Origin: an uncultured Myxococcales bacterium | GTDB lineage: Bacteria; Myxococcota_A; UBA9042 | Reading direction: 5' to 3' | DNA: 64,000 nucleotides | NCBI GenBank assembly: GCA_903840165.1 | Contig: CAIMEY010000121.1 | Location: 68,738-132,737, forward strand | Shown: piece by piece, positions 41,160 through 50,518 of the stretch | Layout of the letters: the number at the start of each line of letters is the position of its first letter | Numbering within the stretch: position 1 is the first letter of the stretch | The notes under the pieces: generated by a model | Database searches by the model: none | What the model saw: the letters and a program-made list of their open reading frames with translations, nothing else | What the model was told of the DNA's origin: nothing | Program-made: the position numbers and the translations under genes

Positions 41160-41771
41160 TTAGCCGTGACTGGGATGCCAGCCGTCGAGCATTCGGCCGA
41201 CAAATTCGAGCCGATCTTGGCCCCAGACAATGTGCGGGCCGACAAAGAAGGTCGGAGCCCCGCAAGCGCCGCGAACAAAGGCTTCTTGTGTTGACGAAAT
41301 CAGCGCTTGCTTGATTTCGGGCAGCTCCGTTCCGGCCAGCAGCGCCTCGGCGTCCAGGCCCAAAGAGGTCAGGATGGCTTGGAGCACCCGGGCATCGCCG
41401 ATGTCCTGATCGGCCGCCCAATATTGGCGAAATAGGTGTGACGCCACGCGGCTTTGCAGCTCACCGGGCAGCTGCGCCAGCACGCGCATCGGCCGCACTG
41501 TGTTCATCGGGAAGACCGACGGCCACTGTAGGGGCAGGTTGCGCACCTCTGCCCAGCGATAGATATCTTTGCGGAATAGCTCGCGCTTATTGGGCGAGGC
41601 ATCGTTGAAGGGCACGATGGAGCTAGCCAGGGCCTTGAACAAGCCGCCCAGGAGCAAGGGCCGCCACAGCACTTGAGCGCCATGCGCCGCCGCCACGCGC
41701 ACCACTTCTTCGTGAGCGAGATAGGCGTAAGGGCTTGAAACGTCGTAGAAAAACTCGACTTGCTTGGCCAT
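41160..41771 (-). CDS. 2-hydroxychromene-2-carboxylate isomerase/kappa-GST (DsbA fold)
   Basis: FFYDVSSPYAYL, WRP.LLGG, FP.NT, GAPTFFV..WGQDR. Confidence 0.92.
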   Translation of the reverse strand: MAKQVEFFYDVSSPYAYLAHEEVVRVAAAHGAQVLWRPLLLGGLFKALASSIVPFNDASPNKRELFRKDIYRWAEVRNLPLQWPSVFPMNTVRPMRVLAQLPGELQSRVASHLFRQYWAADQDIGDARVLQAILTSLGLDAEALLAGTELPEIKQALISSTQEAFVRGACGAPTFFVGPHIVWGQDRLEFVGRMLDGWHPSHG

Positions 41772-41960
41772 GATCTACCCCAACGGCGGGTTGCAATCCG
41801 CGCAGCGCGCTGGCTGGAGGTCGCGGCCGCGGCAAACGGAGGCGGGCGATCGAGACCGGGCCCTTGCGTGGAGCTTCGCCGACCGAGCCTCGGCAATGAT
41901 CGCCTAAGGACGGGAAATGGGCACCGGCGCTGGACCAAGGCTACGGGCCCTGGCGAGGGC

Positions 41961-42137
41961 TTAGGCTACTTCTTTGGCGAGGAAAGCCCGCGTGCCAACA
42001 TGCTTTTCCGCACGGGCGCGACGCAGCTTGTTGCGCTGAGCGTGGGTCAGGGCGTGCTCGACGGACTTGAGGCGCTTGCGGGCAGCGTGCTTGAGCGACT
42101 TGCGAAGGCTATTGTTTTTCAAGGTCTTGGTGTTCAT
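41961..42137 (-). CDS. 58-aa highly basic small protein
   Basis: GGAG RBS 5 nt before ATG; mostly C/G-ending codons; 17 K/R versus 3 acidic residues. Confidence 0.75.
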   Translation of the reverse strand: MNTKTLKNNSLRKSLKHAARKRLKSVEHALTHAQRNKLRRARAEKHVGTRAFLAKEVA

Positions 42138-42278
42138 ATCTGCTCCAGATGATAGGTCTCGGCCCGTGTCGGCTGCGACAGCCAAGTCGCGGGGCGCAAT
42201 AGCTTAGCGAAGTTGCGTGGAATCGACAAGCGCTTGGTGCTCGCGGACGTCAACCGCGTAGGCTGTCCCCGGCGCGTT

Positions 42279-43064
42279 CTAGCCGACCGCTGGGCTGCCT
42301 TGCACGCCAGACGGGTCGCGAACGGACAGGCCACGCGCCCGAGCAACCTGTTTAAATATCGCGACATCCTGGGCACAATGGCTGGCGGCATCGAGCAGCA
42401 AGGCATCGGCCTGCCCCGCCGTCAAAAGGTCGACAGCCTGGCTCGGCGCCAATGGAACTCCGCAGATAACCAGGGGAATCGGCAAGTGACCCGCCAGTAC
42501 CCTGATCAGGTTCACCGGGCATGGTACGGTCTCAGCCTGGTCATTGACAGCACGAACAATCAGTTCGCCCGCACCTAAGGTCGCGCAACGACGCGCCAAT
42601 TCTAGCGGATCAAGCCCCGTTGCGACGCGACCGTTGCGGGTCATGACCTGCCAAATGCCCTGATCTTGGCGAACATCGAGGGCCACGGCGACCCGACTGC
42701 GCCCAAGTTGGTTGGCGGCCCGCGCCAGTAGAGGCGGATCGCGGACCACGGCGTCCCCCCAAATGATCCGATCGCAACCAGCAGCCAAAAGTGATTGTGC
42801 ATCAAGGAGATCGCGAAGATGTCCACCGACGGCCAGGGGCAGGAACACCTGGCGTGACACGCGATCGACCAAGTTGAGGAGCACCTCGGGCGGGGGCAGG
42901 TCGGTCGAGGCGTCTTGCAGCACGAAGCCGTCGACGCCTTCAAGCTCGAGCGATTGCAGCAGGGCCAGAGGGTCCCAAGGGTCTGGCAAATCACGCAGTT
43001 GCAGCGATTGCACGGCGCGATCGCCTTGAACCTGCACAAGGGAGAGAAAGCGACGGCTCATCAC
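42279..43064 (-). CDS. HisF-like TIM-barrel protein with degenerate catalytic and phosphate-binding residues
   Basis: Colinear with HisF (PLAVGG, LLAAG.D, VALDV, TGLDP, LGAGEL, IPLVI) but CLDV becomes LVQV; RBS overlaps the upstream stop. Confidence 0.85.
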   Translation of the reverse strand: MMSRRFLSLVQVQGDRAVQSLQLRDLPDPWDPLALLQSLELEGVDGFVLQDASTDLPPPEVLLNLVDRVSRQVFLPLAVGGHLRDLLDAQSLLAAGCDRIIWGDAVVRDPPLLARAANQLGRSRVAVALDVRQDQGIWQVMTRNGRVATGLDPLELARRCATLGAGELIVRAVNDQAETVPCPVNLIRVLAGHLPIPLVICGVPLAPSQAVDLLTAGQADALLLDAASHCAQDVAIFKQVARARGLSVRDPSGVQGSPAVG

Positions 43065-43075
43065 GGCACTTCTCC

Positions 43076-43849
43076 TTATGGATCAATCGATTCTGGGGGT
43101 ATTGCTGTGTCCACTCCGCCGCTCTCGGGCCGAATCAAGCGCACCTGAACGGTGCGGGTGGCCGAGCCAAGGTCGCGCACCATCGGCACTTTCTGCGTGG
43201 ACGGCAGGCTTCGCCACGGCGCAGTGACGGCGGCGCGCAGAAGCTCGAGACCCGCATGCCCAGACTTATAAGGCTGAAATTGCACAGCAAAAATATTGCG
43301 ATGGCGAATCGCGGCCACCAGGGGTCCGGCCAAGGGGGCCGTCGCCACGGCCAGGGTGGGATCCTCGGGTATCACGTGAAAACTATGTTGGAAATAGAAC
43401 CACTGGCTAGGAACGTGATCCAGGGGCGAGCCGGGACGCTGCATATCCAGGCGATTCCAACCGGCGTGGAGTTGTTTGCGCGGCGTGGTCAGACCGGCAC
43501 AATAGCCTGAAAGAATGCCTAGTCCTGGTTGGCCGGGCGCTTCGTCGCTGCGGTCGAACAGCAGTTGCAAGCCTAGGCCCAGACCCAAGTACGGCGTGCC
43601 AGCTTGGATAATTTCTTTAAGCAGATCATGGAGTTTTCGCTCGTGCAGACCTTTCATCGCTTCGGCGAAGGCGCCATGCCCGGCGACGATCACCAGCGGT
43701 GCCCGCAAAAGATCCACCGGGTCAGCCGTCACCAGCGCATCAATGCCTAGGAACTGCAGAGCCTTCGCGACGCCAGAAGGGGCGCTCGGACTCAGTTCCA
43801 GCACGGCGATCGGCGCGGACGCACTGTCTGGCGCAACCTCGGGGTGCAT
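43076..43849 (-). CDS. HisH-like glutamine amidotransferase homolog lacking the Cys-His-Glu triad
   Basis: VAKAL, GAFAEAM, PYLGLGLGLQLLF, H.GWN, FYFQHSF, AVQFQPYKSG; AGGAG RBS. Confidence 0.88.
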   Translation of the reverse strand: MHPEVAPDSASAPIAVLELSPSAPSGVAKALQFLGIDALVTADPVDLLRAPLVIVAGHGAFAEAMKGLHERKLHDLLKEIIQAGTPYLGLGLGLQLLFDRSDEAPGQPGLGILSGYCAGLTTPRKQLHAGWNRLDMQRPGSPLDHVPSQWFYFQHSFHVIPEDPTLAVATAPLAGPLVAAIRHRNIFAVQFQPYKSGHAGLELLRAAVTAPWRSLPSTQKVPMVRDLGSATRTVQVRLIRPESGGVDTAIPPESIDP

Positions 43850-43973
43850 GAAGGCTCCTGGGTCTATGGAACCCGGAAAATGCTTGATCAACGCTGGCTA
43901 TGTTCCGATGTATGCCGAAGCAAATCAACTGAGGGCGGGCCGGGCTTGGCCGATGATTTGGCAGCAATTCTCT

Positions 43974-43983
43974 TTGTATACAA
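43974..43983. promoter_or_regulatory. TTGTATACAA palindrome, candidate operator upstream of the hisH-like gene
   Basis: Perfect 10-bp palindrome in the gap between the radical SAM stop and the hisH-like start. Confidence 0.45.
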
Positions 43984-43997
43984 GGTCTTGACTGCGG

Positions 43998-45008
43998 CTA
44001 CAGCGCCTGCAACTCGGCAACGCCATAGCGCTCGGCATAATCACAGCCGACGCCCGCGCAGGAACGACGGGCGACGCATTGGCTGCAGACGGGCGCGAAT
44101 ACCGTGAGATCGGCTTCAATTTCGCCGATGCTGTAGACGCGGTCGCCGCTAAGGTCGTCGAGGTAATGGGTTTCGCCAAAGCCCGAGCGACTGATGTTGC
44201 TCAGATCGTGGCGGCCAAGGATGCAGTGGGGCACGGCCTCAAATTGCAGGTGCCAGCCTTGGGCTTCTGCAAGGTCGAGCGCTGCCCGCAATTCATTCTG
44301 AATATCGCTGTATTGCAGGTCAATCCCTGACCATTGCCCGCCCTTGCCCAGGTGCGACGGCGCGCAAAGCTTGACCTTGATGTCCGCGCCGAATTCGCGG
44401 ATGCACCAAGCGAGAAAATCGCACAGCTCGCCCTGATTTTGCTTGCTGATCACGCAGTTGATCGTCACGTCGCAACCTGCCGCGCGTAGCTGGGCGATAC
44501 CGGCGAGGATTTCTTGATGCCCGCGATCGCCAATTCCACTCATGATTTGGCTAGCTTGGCTGCGATGACTGTGAAGGGAAACAATCGCGCGTTCAAGCCC
44601 CGATTCCATGGCGCGGGCGGCCATGTCTAAAGCTGCGAAATTGCGGCCGTTAGTATTGAGATCCCATGCGATCTTTTGCTGCTGCAATCGCTCCACCACG
44701 GGCCAAAATGCGGGATGCAGGGTCGGCTCACCGCCGGTGAGAATGACTCGGCGAAATCCACGGCTTGCGAGGAAATCGGCGCGCTGGAGCAATTCAACAG
44801 CGGGCGGATAAAGGGCCGCGGACTCGCCTGAATTCGAGCACATCGGGCACTTGTTGTTGCATTGTTCACCCAGGCGAAACAAGCACAGGCTCGACGCCGT
44901 GACCGGCACCAACAAAGGACGCGGGCGACGCAAAAGGCGCAGGTTGGGCTCAGGCGCTTGGGTTGAGGGGCGCGGGTCCATGGGCTCCTGGGTGCTCAGA
45001 GGCGACAT
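43998..45008 (-). CDS. Radical SAM protein with a C-terminal Cys cluster (HxsC-like)
   Basis: CNNKCPMC, TGGEPTLHP, TNG, VSLH, VPHC, CSQCVARRSCAG...Y...YG; start uncertain. Confidence 0.88.
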   Translation of the reverse strand: MSPLSTQEPMDPRPSTQAPEPNLRLLRRPRPLLVPVTASSLCLFRLGEQCNNKCPMCSNSGESAALYPPAVELLQRADFLASRGFRRVILTGGEPTLHPAFWPVVERLQQQKIAWDLNTNGRNFAALDMAARAMESGLERAIVSLHSHRSQASQIMSGIGDRGHQEILAGIAQLRAAGCDVTINCVISKQNQGELCDFLAWCIREFGADIKVKLCAPSHLGKGGQWSGIDLQYSDIQNELRAALDLAEAQGWHLQFEAVPHCILGRHDLSNISRSGFGETHYLDDLSGDRVYSIGEIEADLTVFAPVCSQCVARRSCAGVGCDYAERYGVAELQAL

Positions 45009-45333
45009 CCGCCATCTACCGGTAAATGAAGCGCTTTTTAGGATGCGGTGTGGCCCTGATCCCACCGTTGGCTCAGACTAGCAACGCGGATTCACAAGCG
45101 TACAGGCGCGCGTGGTGGTCCGCAAACCGTAGGAAAGCTGATTTCGCCGCGGCGTTTGAGCCATCGGCCGCGGCGCAGTGGAATGATTGGCGCCGGCTGA
45201 AGACTTGATCCGTCCGGGCGACGCGGCCATGCGACGTTGAGAAGCCAAGGTGGGCTTGCGGGGCAGGCCCGAGTTGCCCCACGATCAGGGCCGTGCGCGC
45301 CTTCGGCCGAGGCATTGCCTCGAGAGGTCATTC

Positions 45334-47124
45334 TTGGGCAAGAACCGTTTATTACTCTGGATTCTCGGCGGTTTTGCGCTGCTGACCTTGCTGATCATCG
45401 GGGCCATCGTCGCCTGGGATGATGCCGGCAGTCGCCCGACGCAGGCAGCCGAAAGCGCGTGCGTCTTGCAAGGCGTTGTTGTCGATGGCGCAGGAAAACC
45501 GATTGATGGCGCGGTTGTACGCGATGGTGCCCGCAAAGCGACGACAGGTGACGGCGGGCATTTCCACCTGCCCTGCCCCGGCCCAGACGGCGCGGAATTG
45601 GATGTCACAGCAAGCGGTTATGCCCACCCGGAGCCGGCTGCTGACAGTCCATTGCGGGTCGACCCGCTGGGCGATGAGTCTATTCGCTTGATTCTGCATC
45701 GGGTTGGCGAGATTTCTGGAACCGTTAGCTCTGGCGAAGGGCCGGTGGCTGAGGCGCAAATCGATGTGGAATGGCTGGCTTGCGACTGGCTGGGCACGCC
45801 GCTGCCGGCTTTCTCGCGGCGGGGTGCGGCGCGTAGCGATGCCCAAGGACGCTTTCGTCTGCGCGATTTGCCTCCGGGAACGCTGCTGCTGAGCGCCAAG
45901 GCGGCGGGGCAAACGGCCGCAGCGACGGCGCAGGTGACTCTTGAGGATGGCGGCCAACTGCCTGATGTGGTGCTGCATTTTGGTGGTGTTGCCGCAGCCA
46001 AAGCGCCAGTGGTCCCGGTTGGGGTGCCCGCAACTGCGGGGCCAGCCGATGGAACCGTGCTGCAAGCCAATGGCCAGCCAGGCCGAGACGCGATTGTCGT
46101 CGTGACGGGCCCCGGCATAGGCCAGCAATTACGCACAGATATCGAAGGCCATTTTCGCGTGCAGGGAGATGCAAAGGCGCTGATCGGAGCGCAGGCTGTG
46201 GCCGTGACCGATGACCAGGCCCCCAGTGAGCCGGTGACCATCCGCGCCAACACCCCGATTATCTTGAAGCTTGGCCTAGGTGGCTACATTTCAGGCAAGG
46301 TGGTCGACAGCCGCGGTCAAGGCCTTGGGGCGCAGGTAACCGTCGATCACGTTGAAGCCAAAGGGCCTTTGCCGCAATTGGTGCCCATGCACGCCCAACT
46401 AGGCGCAACGCCGGGGACGGGCGCTTTTCGCATCGGCCCGTTTCGTCCTGGAACCTATGATTTACACGCTGAAATACCTGGTCTGCCCGTGGGCCGGTTG
46501 GGCGGCATTGAAGTGACCTCCGGCGGCGATACCCAAGGCGTGGTGCTGACTTTACAAGATGGCGCGCGCGTGGTCGGGCGTATCACGTCAGCTGCCAACG
46601 GCCAGTCAGTGGTGGGTGCCGAAGTCGTTGTAACGGAACCGGGATCGGCCCGCGGGATCACCAAAAAGGCCAAGACCAATGCCCAAGGTGAGTACGTGCT
46701 GGAACATGTCAGCGCGGGCCCGCACACCGTCACGGCGCAGGCCGAAGGCTTTGTCACGGAATCAGCGAGTGGCGTGGTCGTGCCTGAAACAGGCGAAGTT
46801 CACAAGGATTTGGCCCTGGAAGCGAGCGCCGGCGGACGCAAAGTCGCCTTTCAAGGAATTGGCGCCGGTCTGGCGCGCACGCCAGAAGGCGTCGTAATCG
46901 GCTGGACCATGCCCGATTCACCAGCAGCCAAGGCTGGTTTGCAATCGGGCGATGTGATCAAGCGCATCGACGGCAAAGACGTGTCATCTATGCAAGTGCC
47001 TCAAATTGTAGAGCTTATTCGAGGCGAACCGGGCACCCAGGTCAACATCGAAGTGGACGCCCAAGGCGGCGGGCATCGCGCACTGACGATCGGCAGGGCG
47101 AGAATCATCAACCAAGGCGAGTAG
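45334..47124 (+). CDS. Membrane-anchored carboxypeptidase-regulatory-like repeat protein with a C-terminal PDZ domain
   Basis: N-terminal TM, repeated G.VVD..G.P..GA.V and D..G.F modules, GIGA...SPAAKAGLQSGDVI..IDG PDZ; TTG start after GAGAGG. Confidence 0.85.
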   Translation: MGKNRLLLWILGGFALLTLLIIGAIVAWDDAGSRPTQAAESACVLQGVVVDGAGKPIDGAVVRDGARKATTGDGGHFHLPCPGPDGAELDVTASGYAHPEPAADSPLRVDPLGDESIRLILHRVGEISGTVSSGEGPVAEAQIDVEWLACDWLGTPLPAFSRRGAARSDAQGRFRLRDLPPGTLLLSAKAAGQTAAATAQVTLEDGGQLPDVVLHFGGVAAAKAPVVPVGVPATAGPADGTVLQANGQPGRDAIVVVTGPGIGQQLRTDIEGHFRVQGDAKALIGAQAVAVTDDQAPSEPVTIRANTPIILKLGLGGYISGKVVDSRGQGLGAQVTVDHVEAKGPLPQLVPMHAQLGATPGTGAFRIGPFRPGTYDLHAEIPGLPVGRLGGIEVTSGGDTQGVVLTLQDGARVVGRITSAANGQSVVGAEVVVTEPGSARGITKKAKTNAQGEYVLEHVSAGPHTVTAQAEGFVTESASGVVVPETGEVHKDLALEASAGGRKVAFQGIGAGLARTPEGVVIGWTMPDSPAAKAGLQSGDVIKRIDGKDVSSMQVPQIVELIRGEPGTQVNIEVDAQGGGHRALTIGRARIINQGE

Positions 47125-47138
47125 TTGACGTAAGCTGC

Positions 47139-48203
47139 CTAGCCGACGGCTTGCTGCAAGAGGCCGTCCAACGTGTCAAAGAGGACGCGATTGCCGTCCT
47201 GCTCATAGCTGTCCATCGCCGCAGCCAGGGCCGATGAGCGGTCCAGGAGCTCGGCAACATCTTGTTTTGTCACGGTTTCTCGACACAGCCCCCAGCCCAA
47301 ATGTTGCAGGTAGCGCGCATTGAGTATCTGTTCAAATTGCCCCACCAAAGGTACTGAAAGTACAGGCTTATGCAGGTAGACGGCTTCGGACAAGAGTGAA
47401 AAACCGCCGCCCGCAATCACCGCCTTGGCCGCCGCTAGGTGATCGATGAAGCCCGTCTCGCTGAACGGCTGATAGGCGAGGTTGCCGTCCACCTGAACTT
47501 CGCTCAGGCCACGGCGGATGCCATAGAGCAGAAACCGCTGATTAGGAAATTGTTTTAGCAGGTTAGGCAGTGCATCTCCGCCGTCCGCCGAGCTATAGAC
47601 CACCACGGCGTCGCCACGGCTGGCATGAGCCGCGAGGACTTCCGGCCTCAAGATCGGCGGCACCAGCGTGGTACGCTCTTTGCGCACGGGCGGGTAGAAA
47701 AATGTCGTCACAACATAGTGATACGCGCCAGGGAGCTTGGTCTTGACGATGCCCTTGGCCAGCAGAAATTCGGCCATGCGATCGACCAACAGCGCGTCTT
47801 CATGCTTGCAACGATTGATGATTTGCATGTTGTCGACGCTAATCACCGGGATGTGGTGGGCCTGGGCGTAGGCGTAGGTCCAGGACTCGAAGTCGCTGAC
47901 CACGACTTCTGGACGAAAATCCTCGAGTTGCCTCCAGGCATTGGCCAGCATCGGCGCATCGTGAACCAACTCGGTCAGATTGGACCAGGCGGTGCGGCGC
48001 TTTTGCACTTCGTTGTCGTCGTAGACCAAATGCCAGCCATGAACACGGTGAACCCCTTGAAAATGCTTGCTAAGCATGTCGTGGGCGCGCCCTGACACCA
48101 GGACGTGGACTGTGTGCCCGGCCTGCAGCAGATGGCTGATGACGACCCGCGACCGGGTGGCGTGCCCCATGCCTTCACCGACAACACCATAGAGAATTCG
48201 CAT
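47139..48203 (-). CDS. GT-B glycosyltransferase (MJ1255/VC2487-like)
   Basis: MRILYGVVGEGMGHATRS, VVSDFE, IAGGGFSLLSEA, GQFEQILNA. Confidence 0.9.
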   Translation of the reverse strand: MRILYGVVGEGMGHATRSRVVISHLLQAGHTVHVLVSGRAHDMLSKHFQGVHRVHGWHLVYDDNEVQKRRTAWSNLTELVHDAPMLANAWRQLEDFRPEVVVSDFESWTYAYAQAHHIPVISVDNMQIINRCKHEDALLVDRMAEFLLAKGIVKTKLPGAYHYVVTTFFYPPVRKERTTLVPPILRPEVLAAHASRGDAVVVYSSADGGDALPNLLKQFPNQRFLLYGIRRGLSEVQVDGNLAYQPFSETGFIDHLAAAKAVIAGGGFSLLSEAVYLHKPVLSVPLVGQFEQILNARYLQHLGWGLCRETVTKQDVAELLDRSSALAAAMDSYEQDGNRVLFDTLDGLLQQAVG

Positions 48204-48408
48204 GGTTGACCTGACCTGCGGCACAGAAATGTGCGCTCCGTCCATTGTCGCTTGGCTGGCGCGAATTGCAACGGCACCCATTGTCGCAGGCAACCGCGGC
48301 TGTTGTGGCAAGTGGCGTTGCGTTTCGCTAAAATGCCCGCCGTGGCGTTGGGGGCGCCATCTGCGGGGCAACTCCGGCGCCAAGGCGCCCAATATCTCGA
48401 GCAAAATC

Positions 48409-50049
48409 ATGAAGAAATCATCTAGCTTATCGAATTGTACCTCCAGTGACTGCTCGACGCGCAGCCGCCGGAACCCGGCATGGCTCATGGCCATAGTCGC
48501 GCTAACCTGGCTTGCCGCAACGGCTTGCTCGTCTACCTCTGCGGGCGGAGGTGGCGGGGGAGGCTATACCGGAGGCGTGCCGGGCGCCGTCTGCAACACC
48601 CAGTACCAAAGCGCCGGCTGCGTGCTCTATCAGAACGTACCTACACGGGTTTTGTGCGCTGCGGGCGTTTGGACTCTGGTCGAAGCCTGCGCCAGCGGCA
48701 CCACCTGCAAGGAAGCGTTTGACAGCGGATCTAAGGCAAAAACAACGAGTTGTGTATTGATCACCTTACCCGGGGGAACCACGCCCAGTGATGCCAGCGG
48801 CGGCGATACCGCAGTCAGCGACAGCACCGGCAGCGACAGCACCGGCAGCGACGCAATCGGCACCGACAGCAGCGGAGACGTCACCGTCGTGCCAATGGAC
48901 ATTCCCGGCGCCAACGATGGTAACAGCTCCTGCGGCAATGGCACCTGTGAAGTCGGCGAAAACGTGAGCAATTGTCCGATTGACTGCGCCACCTGCGGCG
49001 ACAAAGTCTGCTCGGCCAATGAGTCGAGCGAGACATGCCCGGCGGACTGCAAGCCCGGCGTGGTCTGCGGCAATGGCACCTGTGAAGCCGGCGAAAACGT
49101 GGGTAATTGTCCGACAGACTGCGCAAGTTGTGGCGACGGCGTCTGCTCGGCCAATGAGTCCAACCAGACCTGCCCCGCCGACTGCAAGCCGAACGTGGTT
49201 TGCGGCGACGGCACCTGCTCAAGCGGTGAATCCTATTCCAATTGCCCGACCGACTGCCCCGCCAAATGCGGCGATGGCACCTGCAATGGCAACGAAAGCA
49301 ACGCCACGTGCCCAAGCGACTGCCCGGCGAAGTGTGGCAATGGCGTCTGTGAAGCTTCTGAGACGATTGCTAAATGTCCCGCGGACTGCGTCAAGTGCGG
49401 CGACGGCATTTGTAGCCCGGGCGAGAGCAGCGCCAACTGCGCCCAGGACTGCCCGGTGAAGCCAGTGTGCGGCAACGGCACCTGTGAAACGGGCGAAACG
49501 GTTGCAAATTGTGCGACGGATTGCGGCGCCAGCACCAAGGTCGGCTGCATCGCTGCGACCGGCACGGGCTGCGGCGGCTGTGCGTGCGAGGCGTGCGTGT
49601 GCAAGGGCCCGATTCCAGGCGGTTCTGCCACGGGCGACACCTACTGCTGCGGCACGGCCTGGGACGCCACGTGCGCGGGCGAGTGCAAGAGCTGCGGCGC
49701 TTGCGGGGCCTGCGTACCTGCCTGCAGCGGCAAACAATGCGGCAGTGACGGGTGCAGCGGCAGCTGCGGCACCTGCGGCGCTGGAACCGCCTGCTCGGCC
49801 ACCGGGCTCTGCCAAGCCGTCAGCAAGTGCGGCAACGGCGTCTGCGACAGCGGCGAGACCAATGCCACCTGCCCCAGCGACTGCCCCGCCGGCGGGGGTG
49901 CGTTTTGCGACACCCATTGCGGCGGATCCAGCGGCACCACCTGCTATTGCGACGCGGCCTGCAAGACCAACGGCGACTGCTGCAACTTCGCTGGTACGGC
50001 CACGGGAGGCACGTCCTGCGCGGGGTCAACGTGCGCGTCTTGCAAGTAG
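48409..50049 (+). CDS. Cys-rich repeat lipoprotein (10 x CG[N/D]xxC..E....CPxDC-type modules) with a somatomedin-B-like C-terminus
   Basis: ATAC lipobox, ten 19-aa repeats, CDTHCGG...CYCDAAC...GDCC; start uncertain. Confidence 0.85.
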   Translation: MKKSSSLSNCTSSDCSTRSRRNPAWLMAIVALTWLAATACSSTSAGGGGGGGYTGGVPGAVCNTQYQSAGCVLYQNVPTRVLCAAGVWTLVEACASGTTCKEAFDSGSKAKTTSCVLITLPGGTTPSDASGGDTAVSDSTGSDSTGSDAIGTDSSGDVTVVPMDIPGANDGNSSCGNGTCEVGENVSNCPIDCATCGDKVCSANESSETCPADCKPGVVCGNGTCEAGENVGNCPTDCASCGDGVCSANESNQTCPADCKPNVVCGDGTCSSGESYSNCPTDCPAKCGDGTCNGNESNATCPSDCPAKCGNGVCEASETIAKCPADCVKCGDGICSPGESSANCAQDCPVKPVCGNGTCETGETVANCATDCGASTKVGCIAATGTGCGGCACEACVCKGPIPGGSATGDTYCCGTAWDATCAGECKSCGACGACVPACSGKQCGSDGCSGSCGTCGAGTACSATGLCQAVSKCGNGVCDSGETNATCPSDCPAGGGAFCDTHCGGSSGTTCYCDAACKTNGDCCNFAGTATGGTSCAGSTCASCK

Positions 50050-50055
50050 GGACGC

Positions 50056-50518
50056 GCGAAATCGTTGGCGAATTGTTTGTATAGCAAGGCTCTATCTTGC
50101 TGTTCTGTAAGCACTTTTCCCGATCGCCGCTTCAGCCCAAAACCCAGCCAGAGAACCGCGCCGGCTCGGCGGGGTGGCCAGGGCGAAATCATTGGCGAAT
50201 TGTTTGTATAGCAAGGCTCTATCTTACTGTTCTGTAAGCACTTTCCCCGATAGCCGCTTCAGCCCAAAACCCAGCCAGAGAACCGCGCCGGCTCGGCGGG
50301 GTGGCCAGGGCGAAATCATTGGCGAATTGTTTGTATAGCAAGGCTCTATCTTGCTGTTCTGTAAGCACTTTCTCCGATAGCCGCTTCAGCCCAAAACCCA
50401 GCCAGAGAACCGCGCCGGCTCGGCAGGGCGGCCAGGGCGAAATCATTGGCGAATTGTTTGTATAGCAAGGCTCTATCTTGCTGTTCTGTAAACCTATTTT
50501 CCGTCAAGCGCTTCAGCC
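50056..50518. repeat. Non-coding tandem array, 127-bp unit x ~3.6
   Basis: Units start at 50056, 50183, 50310 and 50437 (GCGAAATCRTTGGCGAATTGTTTGTATAGCAAGG...); few substitutions between copies; fills the gap between convergent genes. Confidence 0.95.

Noticed and set aside
42279-43849. Ordinary hisH/hisF or a glycan-amidination HisH2/HisF2 pair
   Set aside because: The glutaminase triad is absent, and no his genes or N-acetyl-sugar amidotransferase are adjacent.
45115-45165. c-di-GMP-I riboswitch-like GCAAACC...GAAA
   Set aside because: It lacks the downstream GGGACGCAAAGC element and a complementary stem.
50056-50518. CRISPR array
   Set aside because: The whole 127-bp unit repeats, with no unique spacers and no cas genes.
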